Assembly: GCF_001194135.2 (NCBI RefSeq)
Contig: NC_069000.1
Location: forward strand, 41,114,870 to 41,164,623
Direction of reading: 5' to 3'
DNA from: Octopus bimaculoides
Lineage: Eukaryota
DNA length: 49,754 nt
Below the pieces are notes generated by a model. That model saw only the letters and a list, made by a program, of their open reading frames with translations. It made no database searches and was not told the origin of the DNA. A program made the position numbers and the translations under genes. This document shows positions 37,353 to 49,754 of the stretch, piece after piece. How positions within the stretch are numbered: position 1 is the stretch's first letter; the number at the start of each line of letters is the position of its first letter.

Positions 37353-38135
37353 TTCAAGTTCCTTTTGTGCTAGACTCTTGGTTAAAGTTACATTATAAGG
37401 ACATAACCAAAGTTACAAACTGAAAACAACACTATAATTTCTGACATTACACCTTGCAATACAAAACAATACATAATAACATTACAAAAACAAAAGTTGA
37501 AAAACCACAATTTCACGTTTAAGTAGTGAGTCACTTTTCAGCATAATTTTATTCAATAGAATTCTCACACATACAGCTACCACTAAATTTTATTCCCAAA
37601 TAACTTTCAATATTATTTCACGTAGAACGTAAAACAAATATAAGTTTCACACATATATTCTAAACTTTCATTCTTGGCTTTTACGCATATAAATTATATG
37701 AGCACACCCATATATATTCAAATGCATCTATCTATGCGTATGTATGAGTGTTTGTGATTGCATATGCGTATGTATGCGTGTTTGTGTATGTGTGTATGTG
37801 TATAAACATATTAGTTAATTTATTTATAGGTGAATACGTACCAGCGAGAAAGAAGTATGATTTGCAACTATGTACAACTAGTTTCAATCCCACTTCTTGG
37901 CACATTGGGCAAGTGCCTTCCCCCATCGCCTCGGGATAACAATCCTTTGTGAGGAAAATTCGATAGTCGGATAAATATGGTGATACATATACAAACACAC
38001 ACACATATAGTATATATATGTATGTTTATATAAACATATACATATAAGTGTCAGGTGTATGTTTCAAGAAAGATGGATAGATATAAGTTCCAGCTTATTG
38101 ATCGTGGTCATAATGGGGCACAACAGGAAGACTGG

Positions 38136-38169
<34 letters not shown>

Positions 38170-38397
38170 NNNNNNNNNNNNNNNNNNNNNNNNNNNNNNN
38201 NNNNNNNNNNNNNNNNNNNNNNNNNNNNNNNNNNNNNNNNNNNNNNNNNNNNNNNNNNNNNNNNNNNNNNNNNNNNNNNNNNNNNNNNNNNNNNNNNNNN
38301 NNNNNNNNNNNNNNNNNNNNNNNNNNNNNNNNNNNNNNNNNNNNNNNNNNNNNNNNNNNNNNNNNNNNNNNNNNNNNNNNNNNNNNNNNNNNNNNNN

Positions 38398-39217
38398 GCT
38401 TGGCACGGTTTGATCGTGAATCGTGAACTCTACTGCACATGCGCACTAAGTCTTAATTTTCTAGCTCACTTCCGCTGTTTACAGCAGTGCTTGGAAAGAA
38501 GGGATGTAGCGTGTAACATCGCATTGACCATGTCAGAGAAAGTTGAGCAGGGAACCTGCGTCAAATTTTGCCAACAACTTGCCTACGCAAAGATTTCAAA
38601 ACATGTTCATCGTTCTCGACACAATCAGGGAGATCTTGTGCAACTGACACCCTAGTGTCTCTGTGGTCAGCTGAAGCAGTTTTGGCACAAACTTGGCAGA
38701 CACGTGTCTCATACCCAAATCCTCAGTGATAATGAACTGAACTGAACCCTAACTAATCTCCACATCCTCTCATAACTCACGGATGGTGATTCGACGATAT
38801 CCCCTCACAGCTGTACGCACAACTGCGATGTTTGCTTTTTCTCAGTTCTACTGGTTGCGGGTCTCCCAGAACTTCCGTCAATATCAACATTTTTCAGCCA
38901 TCTTGGAAACGTTTGAACTGCACGTACACTTGTGTGCGGCTCATACACTCCGCTCCGGGCACTTTCTACAACTTTGCATAGGCCTCTGAACGGGTATCGC
39001 TATGACAACTTTCTCTTTCATGGTCAATTCGACGATCACACGTTACACAACTTCCTTCCAAGCACTGCTGTAAACAGCGGAAGTGAGCTTGAATGTTAAA
39101 ACTTTGTGCGCATGCACAGCATAGTTTTTAGTCAATCTTTGCCAAGCGACTTCACTTTGTGTGCTTTAGCTTCGTTTCTATGGCAACGGTCCTGATACTT
39201 ATTAAACAGACCTCGTA
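38398..39217. mobile_element. Mariner derivative made of two inverted 5' ends
   Basis: agctcacttccgctgtttacagcagtgcttgg occurs in both orientations; LGMRHVSAKFVPKLL on the minus strand; TIR TA-CGAGGTCTG ends at about 39215. Confidence 0.8.
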
Positions 39218-39450
39218 TATATATATATATATATATATATNNNNNNNNNNNNNNNNNNNNNNNNNNNNNNNNNNNNNNNNNNNNNNNNNNNNNNNNNNNN
39301 NNNNNNNNNNNNNNNNNNNNNNNNNNNNNNNNNNNNNNNNNNNNNNNNNNNNNNNNNNNNNNNNNNNNNNNNNNNNNNNNNNNNNNNNNNNNNNNNNTAT
39401 TTATAAAGGTAGATAAATAGATAGACAGATATACACACTCACACACACAG

Positions 39451-39507
<57 letters not shown>

Positions 39508-39539
39508 TATGTACGCTTGTTTGTATACATATGTATCCT

Positions 39540-39950
39540 TGATTTTATTTACCTTGATACCGCTTGAAAATTCGTTGCAAACTCTTGGAAAAATAGGTGC
39601 CAATAAAGTAAATACGAAACAAAAATATCTATTTCAGTCTTCACGGACTGACTGAACTCATGAAGACGGTATGCCAGGAAGCCCTTAATCCGATCACTGA
39701 AGCCCTTTAAGAAAAAAAAAATGGAAGACTATATGTTCATAAATATCTCCACATTGTAATATTATACACGAAACAAAAATAAATACAAAGAATTAGTGAA
39801 TAACACTGCAAAGCAAAATCTGAACATAAGAATAGAAAGTAAAATGAAAGTCACTATTAGAATAAAGAGTAACCTCCGAACATAGCAGCAACATTAATAC
39901 AGTAAGTTTGAAAGAAGAGCTATTTTCCCCCACCACACACACACACATAA

Positions 39951-39994
<44 letters not shown>

Positions 39995-40760
39995 NNNNNN
40001 NNNNACTTCAATACATAATAAATAATATTACATGTGTACACTAATATGTATGCTACCCATTATAGAATACAATTGTACATTTACAAATCAATGCAGACAG
40101 TGATGGCTGGTTCATCAGATTACCAGAATAGCATGGTTACATCAATGTTTCAAATCAGACTTGAATAAGAACACCACAGACGAAAAAGCTACTACAGCAC
40201 CAGTAAGATATCTAAGAAGGCGTAAATACGCCTCTTATTTCATTTGGACTCTACCACGTGAATACCCTTCTGTCAGATATATGAAGCAATCAAGAAAATA
40301 ATAGGACGAAGCTGACCCCAATTTAAGCACCTTTACTGCAAAATCAGCTTCAGCAGCAAGCATCTTTTGAAAACAATGGCTTGCACTCGTGATATAAATA
40401 GATCTTCTCGAAACACAGAGAACTGCTCAAAACCTGCCAGAACAGAGATCGAAAATAATGTATGCAAACTACTGCCGCCATAACTAAATTTTGGTGTTTC
40501 TCCAAAATATAGCTGAGTCATCAGAGACAACTGTGGAATATATTCAACATAGAAACATCCTGAAGCCCAAGTCCGTATATAACTTTTCTACTTTTTCAAA
40601 GCTATCGTTAAGCGACAAGCCATTCTAAAACAAGATTAAGAAAAAAATCCAAAGCTCTAATATTGAAAGTTATCGACGATGGGGAGGTTATCATTTATAT
40701 ACAAGGTCAGTTCATCCTTATCATAAGAAATTTCTCTCATTATTTCAGTGAACAGTGTTT
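39540..40760 (+). mobile_element. Highly degenerate Penelope-like RT/GIY-YIG remnant
   Basis: YLFQ...EDGMPGSP resembles PLE DGMPMGSPLS; downstream IPFCQIYEAIKKII and NCGIYS. Confidence 0.5.
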
Positions 40761-41405
40761 AGATCCCCTTTATAATGTAGTGGCAGAAGGAGAGAGAGAA
40801 AGGGAGAAAGGAAGAGAAAGAGAAAGAAAGAGGGAGAAAGAAAGAGAGGGAAAATAGGCAGATAGAGAAGAAAGAAAGTCATAGAAAGATGGTGCCTGGG
40901 TTTAGTTTCACTTTGCGGAACAAACAGAGAGAGAGAGAATGTCTTTGAAGTAAGCATGGCAGAGTTTTAGTTTCACTTTGTGGGACAAACAGAGAGACAG
41001 AATCTCTTTAAAGTAGCATAGCAGAGAGACAGACAGAGAATATAGAGGTNNNNNNNNNNNNNNNNNNNNGGGGGGGGGGGAGAACAGACGAGACATAGGA
41101 AGAAAATCATAGGTAGATGGTGCCTGGGTAAACACGAACCCAGGAACACAACTAAATGTGTGTGTGTGTGTGTGTGTTTGTGTGTACGACGACCCTAGGA
41201 GGAGCTTCTATGCCCAAATTTTACTCACAAAGCATTTGTTAATCCGATGTTATACCAGAAATCATTTCACCAAGATACTACGCAGTGAAACCAAACACAA
41301 AAACCCTTGAATGCAGAGTGAATTTCCTAACCATGTAGCCGTAATTATACACACAGATGGACAGACGAGCAAACCGATAGACAGACAGACAGACAGACAG
41401 ACACC

Positions 41406-41468
<63 letters not shown>

Positions 41469-42329
41469 GACTACTTGGTACAAAGGGAATTTCTTAGCCA
41501 CCGAACAAATACTCTCTCCCTCTCTCTCTCNNNNNNNNNNNNNNNNNNNNNNNNNNNNNNNNNNNNNNNNNNNNNNNNNNNNNNNNNNNNNNNNNNNNNN
41601 NNNNNNNNNNTCTCTGAACGGGTAACCATGTACATCCTTAACATTAAGACACCTGTTTATGTATTTCTGTCATACTCTAACCTTTCATTATCTGATACAA
41701 CATCACCTCCTCCAATACCCACTCCCCTGTCATAGATTCCTTGTCTTTCAACTTATGCATGTATGTATATGTATATAGGTATATATATGAAAGAAGGTTT
41801 GAAAATACAATTTTAAAGATGTTTATTCACTTGACCGGTTTCACTTTTTTAGAAAAAAAATTGTCAAAAGTAAAATGTAAAGCTTTGTATGAGCTTTGTA
41901 GTGTTAAGTACTGGTTACCACAAAAGTATTAAAATACAGATATACATTCTTTGATAATAATAAGAAAATGTTAAAAACAGTTTACGAGAGAGTATTTAAG
42001 AAAGTAATCAGAACGGGACTCCAAAAAGCATTTTGAGTTCAATAAAAATCACGTTTGCTTGGTAGTATATATATATACACACAGAATGAGATATATTTAA
42101 GAATTTACAAAAAACTGTAGAGGAATAACTGATCTGTCTTTCTGACATTTTGTCATGTGTGTGGCTAAGGAATGTTTGCTATCTTAAGTCCCTTAAGGGG
42201 GTTTGGTTGGTGGGAGAAGGAAGAGCAATGTGGAATCAAAAATAATTTTTTGTTTCTGGGCTAGTCTGTCATGGTTCAGTGGTTTTGGGGACTGGTCTTA
42301 GAGGTCAGAATGGTGTGAGTGTGTATGTC

Positions 42330-43180
42330 TCTCTGTGCATGTCTCCATGTGTGTATACATACATGTGCTTGTGTTTTATAACAGTTCTGCTTTATCTTTT
42401 GAGAGAGATAGGTCTCTGTGAAGGTCACTCAGTTCATCTTGATAAAATTTCTGAGGTTCAAAGCTATCGTTATCAGCCACGTAATCTTCCTCAGCATCAT
42501 TATCGTGACAGTCAGCATCATCATCTGATGTTTCAATACCATCTTCTGGTGGAACTGGAATTAGTAGACTTCCATTGTGAGGCACAGGTCTCATTGCAGA
42601 ATCCAAATTGGGATACACAATTTTGTGATTATTCTTCATAGAAAATCCCGTGACATTTACTTTGCAAAAATAACAGTCATTAAAATGGTCTTTCGGTTCC
42701 CTCCATATCATTGGAATTGCAAAAGGCATGGACTTATTATCATTATTGAGTCAATAAGGCAGTAAGCTGGCAGAATGCTTAGCGGTATTTCGTCTGTCTT
42801 TACGTTCTGAGTTCAAATTCCGCTGAGGTCGACTTTGCCTTTCATCCTTTCGGTGTCGATAAATTAAGTACGAGTTGCGTTCTGAGGTCGATCTAATCGA
42901 CTGGCCCCATCCCCAAAAATTTCGGGCCTTGTGCCTAGAGTAGAAAAGGTTATTATTGAATCATGCACATAAGCCATTTCAGCGAGCTGAACAGATAAAG
43001 TTTGGTGCCCATAACTTGTCCTGATCTCCAAGAGTACAGTCAAAGTATAGCTTATAAATCTTGTTGATCGCTGGTGTTGTTGTGCGTTTTTGAGCTTTCA
43101 CAATAAATTGTCCACAGATATAACAAAACACGTTAGGACGATTTCTGCACTGTCTTGTTAACACTGTAAAACAAGTAAGG
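42330..43180 (-). mobile_element. DNA transposon remnant, Chapaev3-like (CMC), split by a SINE at about 42755-42945
   Basis: FCYICGQF..GDQDKLWAPNFIC and PFAIPMIWREPKDHFNDCYFC..YPNLDSAMRPVPH; the superfamily call is from recollection of the motif. Confidence 0.65.
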
Positions 43181-43569
43181 AAATATGTGCAAACGGTTAT
43201 ACTTATATTGAATTTGAGATGATGAAATAATACGAGGACTCCAGTTGATCCGATCAACAGAATAGCCAGTTCGTGAAATTAATGTGCAAGTGGCTGAGCA
43301 CTCCACAGATACCTGGACTCTAAACGTAGTTCTTAGAGAGATTCTGCGTGATACATAAAGTCACAAGGCCAGCCCTTTGAATTATAACTCACTTTTGCCA
43401 GCTGAGTGGACTGGGGCAAGTGAAATGAAGCGTCTTGCTCAAGAGACACACACACCGCCAGGAATCAAATGCGTCTTTATGATCGTGACTTAAACACCCC
43501 TAACCATTAACCCACACACCTCCATATATACNNNNNNNNNNATATATATTCGAATACTACGAATAGCCC

Positions 43570-43880
43570 TGAATGGCAGTGGCGCAAGACCAATGAGCAT
43601 CTCTATGGAAGTCTTCCAAAAGTGACAAACAAGATTAAAGAAAGACGGTTCCGCGTATCAAGTCATTGTGTGTGGCACCAGGAAGACGAAGCATCAAAAC
43701 TTGTGCTCTGGAAAACACAGCATGTCACCGACAAACGTGAGAGCCCTCGTTTAACATGTATCGACAACCTGAAGGAGGGAACAGCATCGGATTCTATCCA
43801 CGGTCTGAAGATGGCGATTATGGATCGATATGCTTGGGGAAATGGCCTTGACTTCGAGAACCGGGTGGGAACTCGACGAT
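43570..43880 (+). mobile_element. RTE-like LINE 3' remnant
   Basis: RRFRVSSHCVWHQEDEASKLVLW..RESPRLTCIDNLK..MDRYAW. Confidence 0.7.
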
Positions 43881-45271
43881 AGAAAAGTGAACGTTGTATT
43901 CATTATTTCTCTTGATATTACTTTCGTATCCCACTCCAACTATTTTCGCCCATTTTTTTAATTTTTTGCAAATATACACTATACAAATATACAAAACTAA
44001 CGAATATACAAATATACGGATATGCAAATATACGAATATGCAAATATACAAAACTAACGAATCAATTAAAAAGTTGTTTTTTTTAAATTTCATGTCAGTT
44101 TTAGCTTTTCGAGTTCAATTCAATTTTAGGAATATTAATAATATGATTGCGTTTTAAACTGTGTTTTGGTAGTATTTTAATTTCTTACACGTGTGAAATT
44201 TTAATTTTCTAATTATCTTTCGGTAGAATTATTGCACATTAATGTCAGGAATGAAATCTCCAATTAATTATAATCTCTTTGAATAACATTTATGAAGAGT
44301 ATAATCTACATTTATAAAGCGAATAGTTTATTTCAGATTAATCATATTTCATTCCAAAAATTATCTAATTTCAAAAAATACTTCTGCCATAGTAAGAACG
44401 TGAAATCATAAGAACCTCAACTCAAATGCATGCCAAAACAACCATATGAAATTTTAAAGAAATTAACTCACACGCTGGAATAATAAAAAAGAGCATCATT
44501 AAACTACAGTGAAACAAGATATAAAAAATACCCACTAACCGAGTTTTCAATTTTCCATTGTTTACAACGCCAAACTTCCACGAAAACAGTCGCTCCTATT
44601 TCTCCTTTCTTCAGTGGCTTGTACATAAAAAAAGTATTTATTAGAAACCGAGACCGGTTTGATGCGAATGAACACCCGTTGACCTCATCCTTTTATTAAA
44701 ATATATTATTTATTAAGTTGAACTGTGTCTATTTTCCACACAATTTGGGATCAACTCTATAGTTAACAAACAATAGTGAATTTGAGTGTATATGTATATA
44801 TAGGCATTTAATATATGTGCGTATGCACATATTCATACAAAGAAAGAAAGAAAGAAAGAAAGAAACAAACAAATTTCTCTATCTTTCAATATATCTGAAC
44901 GCACCTAAAAAAAAAATTTGTTTACTTTCATCGTAAACAAATTTAAAATCCCTGGTTTGGTAAATCTGAAATAACCCGCGATCTTTGGTTCAGAAATAGG
45001 ATCTTTATGGTTTGACGGCCGACATTTTTTTTTTTTTTTTTTGTAGTGTTTTTGGTACCGAAACACTTTCAAACTTCGAATACTTGTATATTTTGTGTAA
45101 TAGAACAGATAAAAAATTTTGTATTCGGAGTTATTTCATGTAAAAAATTGTCGTATTTCGGTAATTTCAACCAATCACTGACGTCTATTGAAGTGAAAAC
45201 AATTACGCCGTGGAATGTAAACAACGGTGTTACGGTATTATCTGCACACCTAAACGTTATTTAATTGAATA

Positions 45272-46083
45272 CAGACTGTCCTCATTTAACGACCTACCTA
45301 TTTAACANNNNNNNNNNNNNNNNNNNNNNNNNNNNNNNNNNNNNNNNNNNNNNNNNNNNNNNNNNNNNNNNNNNNNNNNNNNNNNNNNNNNNNNNNNNNN
45401 NNNNNNNNNNNNNNNNNNNNNNNNNNNNNNNNNNNNNNNNNNNNNNNNNNNNNNNNNNNNNNNNNNNNNNNNNNNNNNNNNNNNNNNNNNNNNNNNNNNN
45501 NNNNNNNNNNNNNNNNNNNNNNNNNNNNNNNNNNNNNNNNNNNNNNNNNNNNNNNNNNNNNNNNNNNNNNNNNNNNNNNNNNNNNNNNNNNNNNNNNNNN
45601 NNNNNNNNNNNNNNNNNNNNNNNNNNNNNNNNNNNNNNNNNNNNNNNNNNNNNNNNNNNNNNNNNNNNNNNNNNNNNNNNNNNNNNNNNNNNNNNNNNNN
45701 NNNNNNNNNNNNNNNNNNNNNNNNNNNNNNNNNNNTATAATCCTGAGAAAAGTTTATTAGGCATCCTATGTACTCGGCCTGGAATCACAAACATACTTAC
45801 GTTGTCTGAGCTACAATAATACAGTATCCATATCCTAACTTTTAAGGTTTTCCTTGTGATAATCTTACTGTTACTTATTCCTTTTTCAACAATTTATGTT
45901 AGTGATTCTTGGCCCTGTACTGCATATACTTTATACAGTACGGTATTCTGTTTTTATATGTACGTACAGTACACTATACTTATATAAAAAAAAAACGTAC
46001 CCTATGAATATTCGTTTAACGACGAATTTGCTTAACGACGGGGCTGTTGGAACGTAACTCGGTCGTTAATTGAGGACAGTCTG
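45272..46083. mobile_element. Tigger/pogo-like non-autonomous element
   Basis: 23-bp TIRs cagactgtcctca(t/a)ttaacgacc at both ends, flanked by TA. Confidence 0.8.
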
Positions 46084-47172
46084 TACTGAATATCAAAATA
46101 CTGTGCAGGAGTGCTTGCACTTGATATTCTTTCCGTGTATGCAGACAACGCAACCCAGCTGCGTGAAGATATCCGTTCTTGGTAGTTCAGACATGTACTT
46201 TATATAAAGGTATTTTCTATAGTATTTCCGAAATGCAGATTCCAAGGTAGGTGAATAAAATGTAGATGAGTAACAAAGATGTACAGGTATCAATTTACTA
46301 CGGCCGTTTCAGCGACTCCTTGAATTGATTAATGAAAACATAACATCATTTGAAACAAACCGTCTCTCGTCAGATAACCGCATAGACTTCAGACATAACA
46401 GATACGATCACTGCCTTAACATATTCACTTCAATAATGGAACTCAAAATATTTACATTGTTTCTGCTGTCATATCTCTGGCAGAATGAGTTTGGAAAGTA
46501 AAGCATACCTTGTCAGGTCTACTATAATTTAGAGAGTAGCAGAGGAAATAGTGGGGTCAGGATAAAAAGGGTGGTGACCTAGTTACTTACACTTGGAAGA
46601 CAATATGTAGAATGTAGTCTCCAACAATCTAAAGTTAAATCCATTAGGATTTGTGTTTTAGTTAATGGTGATAAATCAATTAACGTCAAACAACCTACTA
46701 AACTTTCAATGTACTGGAACTAAATATCCAGCTTTAGCTTCACAAAAGTGTAGGGAGTGGGGAATGTCGGATGGGGAAGGGATGATAATCGGAAGAAAGA
46801 AGGATAAGAATGGCAATACTTATTTTGATTATCATATTAAAGGGGAATATAATGAATATAATGAATATAATGAAATCTATGAATGTGAGCAATACCCCGA
46901 ATGACGACGATAAAAATATTAACAAGAGCGCAAACCTTCGCCAAGGCAACACCAACATCCTCGCAACTATTAGCCGGAGGTGATTTTTAGAATTAGAATA
47001 TCTGAAATAAATTCGACTACTCTCACAAACGAAAATACTAAAAATGAACCTGACTACTCGAATGCATATAACTATAAATGCTCGAAATTTATGTATGTAG
47101 GTATGTATGTATTGAGTGTTTGAAGTGATGTACAGATAATGTACATTAAGGAAAAGGAGGCAATCAGAATAT

Positions 47173-47215
<43 letters not shown>

Positions 47216-47232
47216 NNNNNNNNNNNNNNNNN

Positions 47233-47283
<51 letters not shown>

Positions 47284-47539
47284 GTATATATGTTGGTCGG
47301 TAGGTTGGACGATCGGTAGGAAGGTAGGTAGGGGAAGAGTTAGGGTTGCGTTATTGGTAGGATAAGCAAAAATTTCTCCATCCAGTGAGCGATATAACTA
47401 TTATTCAATATATCACAGGATTTAAATGCAAGCTACTATGAATTTCATATCTATGATAATACAATAATCAGATAAGCTTGTATAGAGTGTCGTGTTTCAT
47501 CAATCAATGTGTGTATATATACATGTGTGTATGCATCTA

Positions 47540-48035
<496 letters not shown>

Positions 48036-48341
48036 AAACAAGTAATACAATAAAAGAAAAGAATATATATACGCGCGCGCGCTACCTAATGAGCACGTAC
48101 TGGAAGCCTTTGCAAACACGTATTCCCTGTATTAAATACATTTTAATTAAATGTGCATAAGCTAGTACCAAACACAAAGCAGCAATAATATTAGATATGC
48201 GGCAAAACTTTAATAACATCACTTTCCAAGTGAAATGAATGAATTGAATTCAGATTGCCAATACTGCATATGTTAATGAAGCTACGCTAATTATGCAATG
48301 TAGTTAACAAACGCCCTGTATAATAAAGGCAATTTAATGCG

Positions 48342-48624
48342 TGTGGTGTTATGGGCTGTGATGAGCTGTGTGTTGTGGTGGAGAGGGGTGAGGCAAACAG
48401 AGGTGAAGCCAGACCGGAAGGGCCAGACCGGAAGGGTCAGATCGGAAGTCGGCGACACGCGGTCGAAGGCTAGCACGTGGGGCCAGCGAAAAAACAGCGA
48501 CGTTACGAGAAAGACGTGTTCTGATTAGGAGCGATCGTGTACCTCGCTGCGGTCGGCAAGGTAAGGTCCAACGCTTCATTCTGTCCTTTTGCTTCTTGTT
48601 GTCTTCTTCCTCCATCTCACCACA
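48342..48624 (+). mobile_element. Probable LTR (283 bp)
   Basis: TG...CA with 7-bp terminal inverted repeat tgtggtg/caccaca, upstream of an RNase H fragment. Confidence 0.65.
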
Positions 48625-49409
48625 ATNNNNNNNNNNNNNNNNNNNNNNNNNNNNNNNNNNNNNNNNNNNNNNNNNNNNNNNNNNNNNNNNNNNNNNNNNN
48701 NNNNNNNNNNNNNNNNNNNNNNNNNNNNNNNNNNNNNNNNNNNNNNNNNNNNNNNNNNNNNNNNNNNNNNNNNNNNNNNNNNNNNNNNNNNNNNNNNNNN
48801 NNNNNNNNNNNNNNNNNNNNNNNNNNNNNNNNNNNNNNNNNNNNNNNNNNNNNNNNNNNNNNNNNNNNNNNNNNNNNNNNNNNNNNNNNNNNNNNNNNNN
48901 NNNNNNNNNNNNNNNNNNNNNNNNNNNNNNNNNNNNNNNNNNNNNNNNNNNNNNNNNNNNNNNNNNNNNNNNNNNNNNNNNNNNNNNNNNNNNNNNNNNN
49001 NNNNNNNNNNNNNNNNNNNNNNNNNNNNNNNNNNNNNNNNNNNNNNNNNNNNNNNNNNNNNNNNNNNNNNNNNNNNNNNNNNNNNNNNNNNNNNNNNNNN
49101 NNNNNNNNNNNNNNNNNNNNNNNNNNNNNNNNNNNNNNNNNNNNNNNNNNNNNNNNNNNNNNNNNNNNNNNNNNNNNNNNNNNNNNNNNNNNNNNNNNNN
49201 NNNNNNNNNNNNNNNNNNNNNNNNNNNNNNNNNNNNNNNNNNNNNNNNNNNNNNNNNNNNNNNNNNNNNNNNNNNNNNNNNNNNNNNNNNNNNNNNNNNN
49301 NNNNNNNNNNNNNNNNNNNNNNNNNNNNNNNNNNNNNNNNNNNNNNNNNNNNNNNNNNNNNNNNNNNNNNNNNNNNNNNNNNNNNNNNNNNNNNNNNNNN
49401 NNNNNNNNN

Positions 49410-49754
49410 TTGGAAATGGGAGGCACCGTGGTGGAAGATGCAGCCTGGCTCAGGAAGATGGATGACTGCAACCATATCAACGTGGCGGAGTTGGATGCCG
49501 TGCTGAAGGGGGTAAACCTGGCCTTGAAGTGGGGGCTGTGCACCATCGAGATTAGAACCGATTCGGCCACTGTGATTGGTTGGGTGACGACAGTCCTCAC
49601 CAATGAGCGGAGGGTACGAACCAAAGGGGCTGCGGAGATGCTGGTAAAGCGCTGATTGGGAATATTGCGGGAGCTAACCGCTGAGTTCGATCTGGAGCTG
49701 AGCGTAATCTTCCGAAAAGAACAGGGCAGACGTCCTAACCAGGGTAAAGCGAGC
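49410..49754 (+). mobile_element. Gypsy-like LTR retrotransposon pol RNase H fragment
   Basis: HINVAELDAVLKGVNLALKWG..IRTDSATVIGWV; stop codon at about 49653. Confidence 0.85.

Noticed and set aside
39553-39704. Minus-strand 152-nt open 'exon' with good splice signals (GFSDRIKGF...)
   Set aside because: The opposite strand shows a Penelope RT remnant (DGMP-GSP); no phase-compatible partner exon or family match found.

Overview
Gappy, AT- and microsatellite-rich animal genomic scaffold; the SINE families and repeat landscape resemble an octopus-type cephalopod (inference). Most of the window is decayed mobile DNA: mariner, Tc1, Tigger-like, Chapaev-like, a Helitron, R4/Dong, RTE and Penelope-like retroelements, a Gypsy LTR element and many SINEs. 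The ORF track misses a spliced cluster of three paralogous secreted-protein genes that share a 5-nt + 47-nt + 16-nt exon start encoding a signal peptide. Gene C (minus, 26895 to 17629, five exons, 146 codons) is clearly an animal heme peroxidase-family member (DGQCNN, LPPPRKVS). However, its distal-pocket motif reads FGNLLMFD instead of WGQxxDHD, so it is predicted to be a pseudo-peroxidase. It also carries a perfect in-frame 51-bp duplication of the DGxCNN segment. Genes A (plus) and B (minus) form a recent convergent inverted duplication of the 5' part of a sister paralog. B and C share a TATA-Inr promoter layout. No 3' exons are visible for any copy. Penelope-type inverted termini carry minimal hammerhead ribozyme motifs. 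TE boundaries are approximate and all family calls are by eye.
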